From Bacteroidia bacterium (GTDB lineage Bacteria; Bacteroidota; Bacteroidia; Palsa-965): a stretch of 64,000 nucleotides of DNA. Below, piece by piece: positions 60,056 through 64,000 of this stretch. A program made the position numbers and the translations under genes. Each line of letters starts with the position of its first letter. The first letter of the stretch is position 1. Below the pieces are notes generated by a model, which did not search any database, was not told the DNA's origin, and saw only the letters and a program-made list of their open reading frames with translations. The stretch is from the NCBI GenBank assembly GCA_023151315.1, contig JAKLJE010000011.1:26912-90911 (forward strand). The letters are read 5' to 3'.

Positions 60056-60063
60056 TATATTTG
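60056..60063 (+). promoter_or_regulatory. candidate -7 promoter box (TAnnTTTG)
   Basis: TATATTTG ends 8 nt upstream of the ATG at 60072, which would give a very short or absent leader. Confidence 0.3.
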
Positions 60064-60071
60064 ACATCTCT

Positions 60072-61400
60072 ATGGGGCCCGATCTGCTTCTCATTATTCT
60101 ACTTGTACTTCTCAATGCGTTTTTTGTTGCAGCTGAATTTGCAATCGTAAAAGTGCGTTCCTCTCAGGTTGATCTTAAAGTCAACCAAGGAAGTGCGCGC
60201 GCTAAAATCGTAAGACACATCATCGATCGCATGGACGGCTATCTGTCGGCCTGTCAGCTGGGAATTACCGTTTCCAGTCTCGTACTCGGTTTTGTAGGTG
60301 AACCTTACATGACGCATCTGTTCATCAAACTCTTCAACAAGTTCAATTGGACTGTAAATGAAGGTTTGATTCATACCATTTCCCTGATTACGGGTGTTGG
60401 TTTGATCACAATCATTCACATGGTTATCGGTGAACAGGTTCCGAAAACAATCGGGATCCGTTATTCTCTCGAGACGTCACTTCTTATTGCATGGCCACTT
60501 CGACTGTTCAATACGATATTCTCGCCTTTCGTATGGATCATTAACAAGTTAACCCGTTTGGTACTTCGGATTTTCGGTGTGCAAATGACACCGGAACACG
60601 AAGAGATTCATTCAGAAGAAGAGTTAAGAATGCTTCTCACGGAGTCTGAAGAAGGGGGAGCTATCAAACAGTCAGAACACGAGCTCATTCAGAATGTATT
60701 TGAGTTTGATGATCGTGTTGTAAAATCGATTCTGGTTCCACGTACCAAGATTTCCGCAATTGACATCGAGTCGGAGCCTAAGGAAATTCTGGATCGCATG
60801 ATTGACGAAGGATATTCGCGCATGCCGGTTTACAAGGATTCACTGGACAATGTAATCGGGATCATCTTCATGAAAGACATGCTGAAGCTGATGAAGCAAT
60901 CGCGTCTGATTAAGGAAGATATTGAGAATATCATTCGTCCGGCACATTTCATTCCGCAGAGTAAACGTATTAATGATCTGCTTCGCGAATTCCAGACATT
61001 GCACATTCAGATGGCAATTGTAACCAGCGAATTCGGCGGTATCACAGGACTCGTTACACTTGAAGACGTCATTGAAGAACTTGTTGGCGAAATTCAGGAT
61101 GAGTACGATGAAGAGAAGCCGGCAGTGGAGAAAAAATCCGACACGGAATTCATTGTGAATGCAATGGCTTCCATCTCCGATGTGAATGACGTGCTTCCAA
61201 TTGCGTTACCTGAGAGTCCGCATTACGAATCAGTATCCGGTTTGTTGAACTGGATGTACGGCAGAATTCCAGCTGTTAATGAAAAGAAGGAGTTCGGCGG
61301 TTACGAGTTTGTAATCCTCAAGCGATTCCGTCACAGCGTTGATCTGGTAAAGATGACTGTGAAGAACGACGATCAGTTCGACACGCAGGAAGAAAACTAA
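60072..61400 (+). CDS. hemolysin-family / CNNM transporter-associated protein (DUF21-CBS-CorC_HlyC)
   Basis: Four N-terminal TM helices (DUF21). A tandem CBS pair (VKSILVPRTKISAID ... MAIVTSEFGGITGLVTLEDVIEELVGEI). C-terminal CorC/HlyC-like domain. Confidence 0.85.
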   Translation: MGPDLLLIILLVLLNAFFVAAEFAIVKVRSSQVDLKVNQGSARAKIVRHIIDRMDGYLSACQLGITVSSLVLGFVGEPYMTHLFIKLFNKFNWTVNEGLIHTISLITGVGLITIIHMVIGEQVPKTIGIRYSLETSLLIAWPLRLFNTIFSPFVWIINKLTRLVLRIFGVQMTPEHEEIHSEEELRMLLTESEEGGAIKQSEHELIQNVFEFDDRVVKSILVPRTKISAIDIESEPKEILDRMIDEGYSRMPVYKDSLDNVIGIIFMKDMLKLMKQSRLIKEDIENIIRPAHFIPQSKRINDLLREFQTLHIQMAIVTSEFGGITGLVTLEDVIEELVGEIQDEYDEEKPAVEKKSDTEFIVNAMASISDVNDVLPIALPESPHYESVSGLLNWMYGRIPAVNEKKEFGGYEFVILKRFRHSVDLVKMTVKNDDQFDTQEEN

Positions 61401-61403
61401 AGA

Positions 61404-62579
61404 TTATTTCCGGTCAGTTGCGTTCCTGAAAACGTTCAGCATTACTGCGCGCGCCTTATCATCAGATAAAAATTTCGCGGCCGAATTTAAAGCACCCTTC
61501 TCCCACTCATTGTAATCAGCTTCGGAAAGAGCCGCGGCTACTTCTATTGCTTTTGTGAAGTCCGCAGCTGTTAAATCACAATTCATTCCGGATTTCTGTT
61601 CCTTGAGATTCTGCCATGGGGTGAATCGACTGAGAATTACCGGACATGCGAATGCCAATGATTCAATAATCACGTGACCGAAATTTTCATGATGCGTAGG
61701 AAGAATCGTGAAATGTTTGTCAGCGAATATCTCCTGAATTTGTGAACGTTCGTAAGGACCGTTAAAGCGGACCACTATGTTTGACGGCAGATCACGGGCA
61801 GCGATTTTACATTCAGCTGCATACTGCTCATCTTCTTCCGGCCCATACACGTCCAGAGTTATTGTCGCATTACTTACGGAACGTAAACTTTCAATGGCAA
61901 GCAGCAGATTCTTTTTCGGTGATATGCGCGACAAAAACACGAGGCGTAATATGCCAGAAGATTTACTGCGACCGGAAAGATCTTTCCCGGAAACGGAAGC
62001 GAGATTCGGAGCAATGACAATAGCACGATCATTACCGAAAACGGAACGAACTTCCTTAGCTTCCTGCTCTGAAGAAACATGCCACTGGATATCGCGAAAC
62101 ATACCGGTCCATTTTGCAGCAGTGATGAACAATCTCTTTTTCGTTGATTTTATCTGCAACGCTCCTGCTCCAAGCATACCACGAGGTGCAAGTATTGTTC
62201 GCTTCCCGGGGAAATAGTGTTTCAGTTTCCTTATCGGACGTATTGCAAAACGGTAAGAGAAAACGCTGTTGATGTATAAGCAATCATATGATTCAACCTG
62301 CAGCAGTTTCTCCGCAATGCCAACCGGATCTGTTTGCGCACCGCAGTAAAAAATCTTTGTGCCGTCCGGAGCTTTCGTCCATTTATCAGTTTCAATTCCT
62401 GAAAGAGGATGAACAGAACCTGCATCGGAATCGCTGGTGATCACCGTGAAGTCTGCATCTTCAGCCAATCGTCCGATAATAGCTTCAAGTGAACGCACAG
62501 GACCACCGGCCTTTATCGCCGGTAAATACCAGTCAATAAAAACCAAAACACGCAACCGCTGTTTACCACTCGATTTCAT
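61404..62579 (-). CDS. glycosyltransferase, GT-B fold (family 4-like)
   Basis: N-terminus RVLVFIDWYLPAIKAGGPVRS. C-terminal E-x7-E-like region PTHHENFGHVIIESLAFACPVI. The ATG at 62579 is preferred and overlaps the asnB stop by 17 nt. Confidence 0.75.
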   Translation of the reverse strand: MKSSGKQRLRVLVFIDWYLPAIKAGGPVRSLEAIIGRLAEDADFTVITSDSDAGSVHPLSGIETDKWTKAPDGTKIFYCGAQTDPVGIAEKLLQVESYDCLYINSVFSYRFAIRPIRKLKHYFPGKRTILAPRGMLGAGALQIKSTKKRLFITAAKWTGMFRDIQWHVSSEQEAKEVRSVFGNDRAIVIAPNLASVSGKDLSGRSKSSGILRLVFLSRISPKKNLLLAIESLRSVSNATITLDVYGPEEDEQYAAECKIAARDLPSNIVVRFNGPYERSQIQEIFADKHFTILPTHHENFGHVIIESLAFACPVILSRFTPWQNLKEQKSGMNCDLTAADFTKAIEVAAALSEADYNEWEKGALNSAAKFLSDDKARAVMLNVFRNATDRK

Positions 62580-64000
62580 TCCGTTCAATCCAGTTTTCCA
62601 GAACAACAATTGGCCATATTCTCGACCAGGAAACTTCGCCGGATCCCGATTCGAATTTACTCCAAAGTTTCAGTAGCTCTTTACTGTGAATTCCTTCCCG
62701 CTCTCCGAATCGTTTCAGCGACAAGTAACACAAATCTCTCAGCTCGTTTTTCATCCAGTGTTCCCAAGGCATCACGAATCCCATTTTCTTTCTGGAGAAA
62801 ATTTCATCCGGCAGAAAATCATGGAATGAATCTGCCAATAACTTCTTTGGTGTTACCGGAAACTTTGCATTGTCATTCAGGCTGAGCGCGAACTCCACTA
62901 ACCGGTAATCAAGAAAAGGTACGCGCACCTCAAGCGCATGCGCCATGCTCATCTGATCTGTATCCCGCAACAGAACATTCTGCATATATGTTCTTATTTC
63001 CGCTTCGGAAACTGCGCTGAGAAGATGTTGATTATCGTATTGACTGAACAATTGCTGCGTGAAAGCGTGAGAATCAATAGATGTTTCAGGGACACTGAAT
63101 AGTTTCTCAATCTGATCGTGCAACAATACTTTGCGCACAATCGGATAAGCTGAACCCGGATTCACTGATTTCAATTTAAGGATTTCAGCCGCCTTCCTGG
63201 AACCGATGTCTTTTCTTAAAAGTCCGATTGTCGTCGCAACGAATTTTCTGGCAAAAGCAGGTGAATTTTTCAGCAATGTTGTCTCACGAAGTTTCATCAA
63301 CCGCTTGAAAACAGGATAACCTGCAAACAATTCATCACCGCCCAATCCCGACAAAGCCATAGTAACGCCGGCTTTTCTTGTTGCACCGGAAACGACATAT
63401 GTATTCGGTCCGTCACCACTAGGATGATCCATCGCACTCAATGCATCCGGAAGCAGATCGAGGAAGTCCGCGGGCTTTAATTTAATTTCATGATGCTCAG
63501 TTCCGAAATGTTCTGCCACGCGTCGCGCATATTTCGCTTCTGAAAACTCTGAGTCGTCGAACACAACGGAAAAAGTTTTCACGGGTTGAGATGACACCTG
63601 TTGCATCAATCCAACAACAAGGCTGGAATCAATTCCGCCTGAGAGAAAAGCTCCGAATGGTACATCAGCAACCATTCTGATCTTTACTGCATCGCTGAGT
63701 AATTCCCTCGTTTTGTTTCGTATTGCCTGTTCCGACAAATCAGCAAACGCCGCATTCACCTCCGGTTTCCACCATTGGTGAAAATTCAGTTTCCCTTTAT
63801 GCGCGATGATGTAATGTCCGGGCATCAACATGCGAACGTTCTCCACAATTGTCGCCGGAGCGTGAACGGTTTGATAACTGAAGTAATCGTAAAGCGCACT
63901 TCTATTGATCTTGCGTTTCACTTTTCCAGAAGCGAGAAGACTGCGAACTTCACTGGCAAAAATCAGATTGTCTCCGCTCTGCGAATAATAAAGCGGCTTG
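62563..64000 (-). CDS. asnB: asparagine synthase (glutamine-hydrolysing), N-terminus outside the window
   Basis: PP-loop FLSGGIDSS. The frame stays open beyond the GTG at 63921 to nt 64000 (... KPLYYSQSGDNLIFASEVRSLLASGKVKRK ...), which is the end of the glutaminase domain. Confidence 0.85.
   Translation of the reverse strand, partial: KPLYYSQSGDNLIFASEVRSLLASGKVKRKINRSALYDYFSYQTVHAPATIVENVRMLMPGHYIIAHKGKLNFHQWWKPEVNAAFADLSEQAIRNKTRELLSDAVKIRMVADVPFGAFLSGGIDSSLVVGLMQQVSSQPVKTFSVVFDDSEFSEAKYARRVAEHFGTEHHEIKLKPADFLDLLPDALSAMDHPSGDGPNTYVVSGATRKAGVTMALSGLGGDELFAGYPVFKRLMKLRETTLLKNSPAFARKFVATTIGLLRKDIGSRKAAEILKLKSVNPGSAYPIVRKVLLHDQIEKLFSVPETSIDSHAFTQQLFSQYDNQHLLSAVSEAEIRTYMQNVLLRDTDQMSMAHALEVRVPFLDYRLVEFALSLNDNAKFPVTPKKLLADSFHDFLPDEIFSRKKMGFVMPWEHWMKNELRDLCYLSLKRFGEREGIHSKELLKLWSKFESGSGEVSWSRIWPIVVLENWIERNEIEW

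Overview
This is a chromosomal segment from a Bacteroidota-type genome. That placement is inferred from at least six proteins with Type IX secretion (T9SS) C-terminal sorting domains, TAnnTTTG-type -7 promoter boxes, no Shine-Dalgarno sequences, and the ligA / DUF6913-like / dapA arrangement. I call about 55 protein genes and one tRNA-Ser(GCT). I see no rRNA, no CRISPR array, and no recognisable transposase, integrase, phage or classical defence gene. Housekeeping genes: recR, lpdA, ribBA, rocD, coaE, dapA, ligA and a 5'-truncated asnB. Other content: a MarR plus Na+/solute symporter pair, an anti-sigma / Spy-like / outer-membrane envelope module, a peptide-type ABC importer with no ATPase gene, polysaccharide-synthesis genes (GT2 fusion, WcaF-like, GT4, AsnB), and many secreted or T9SS cargo proteins (CotH kinase-like, S8 peptidase with MAM domain, VWA, beta-propeller, LVIVD/choice-of-anchor-B-like, beta-helix). 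I did not recognise any known multi-gene system such as a defence island, DGR or prophage. The items most worth a second look are: (1) 2.7 tandem copies of a ~121-bp non-coding unit next to tRNA-Ser; (2) a four-helix-bundle (23S-IVS/Avd-family) gene nested between arrays of 8-bp-period word repeats, with gene-less 7-bp-period arrays sitting on the stop codons of two other genes; (3) two identical perfect 24-bp palindromes bracketing a 28-codon ORF in a divergent promoter region; (4) a 1576-aa protein made of ~23 tandem 56-aa units, the central ones almost identical at the DNA level; (5) a co-directional string of a KamA-family radical SAM gene, a micro-ORF, rocD and three unknown secreted proteins, two of them tandem paralogues. 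All functional calls come from reading motifs by eye. No database search was run.
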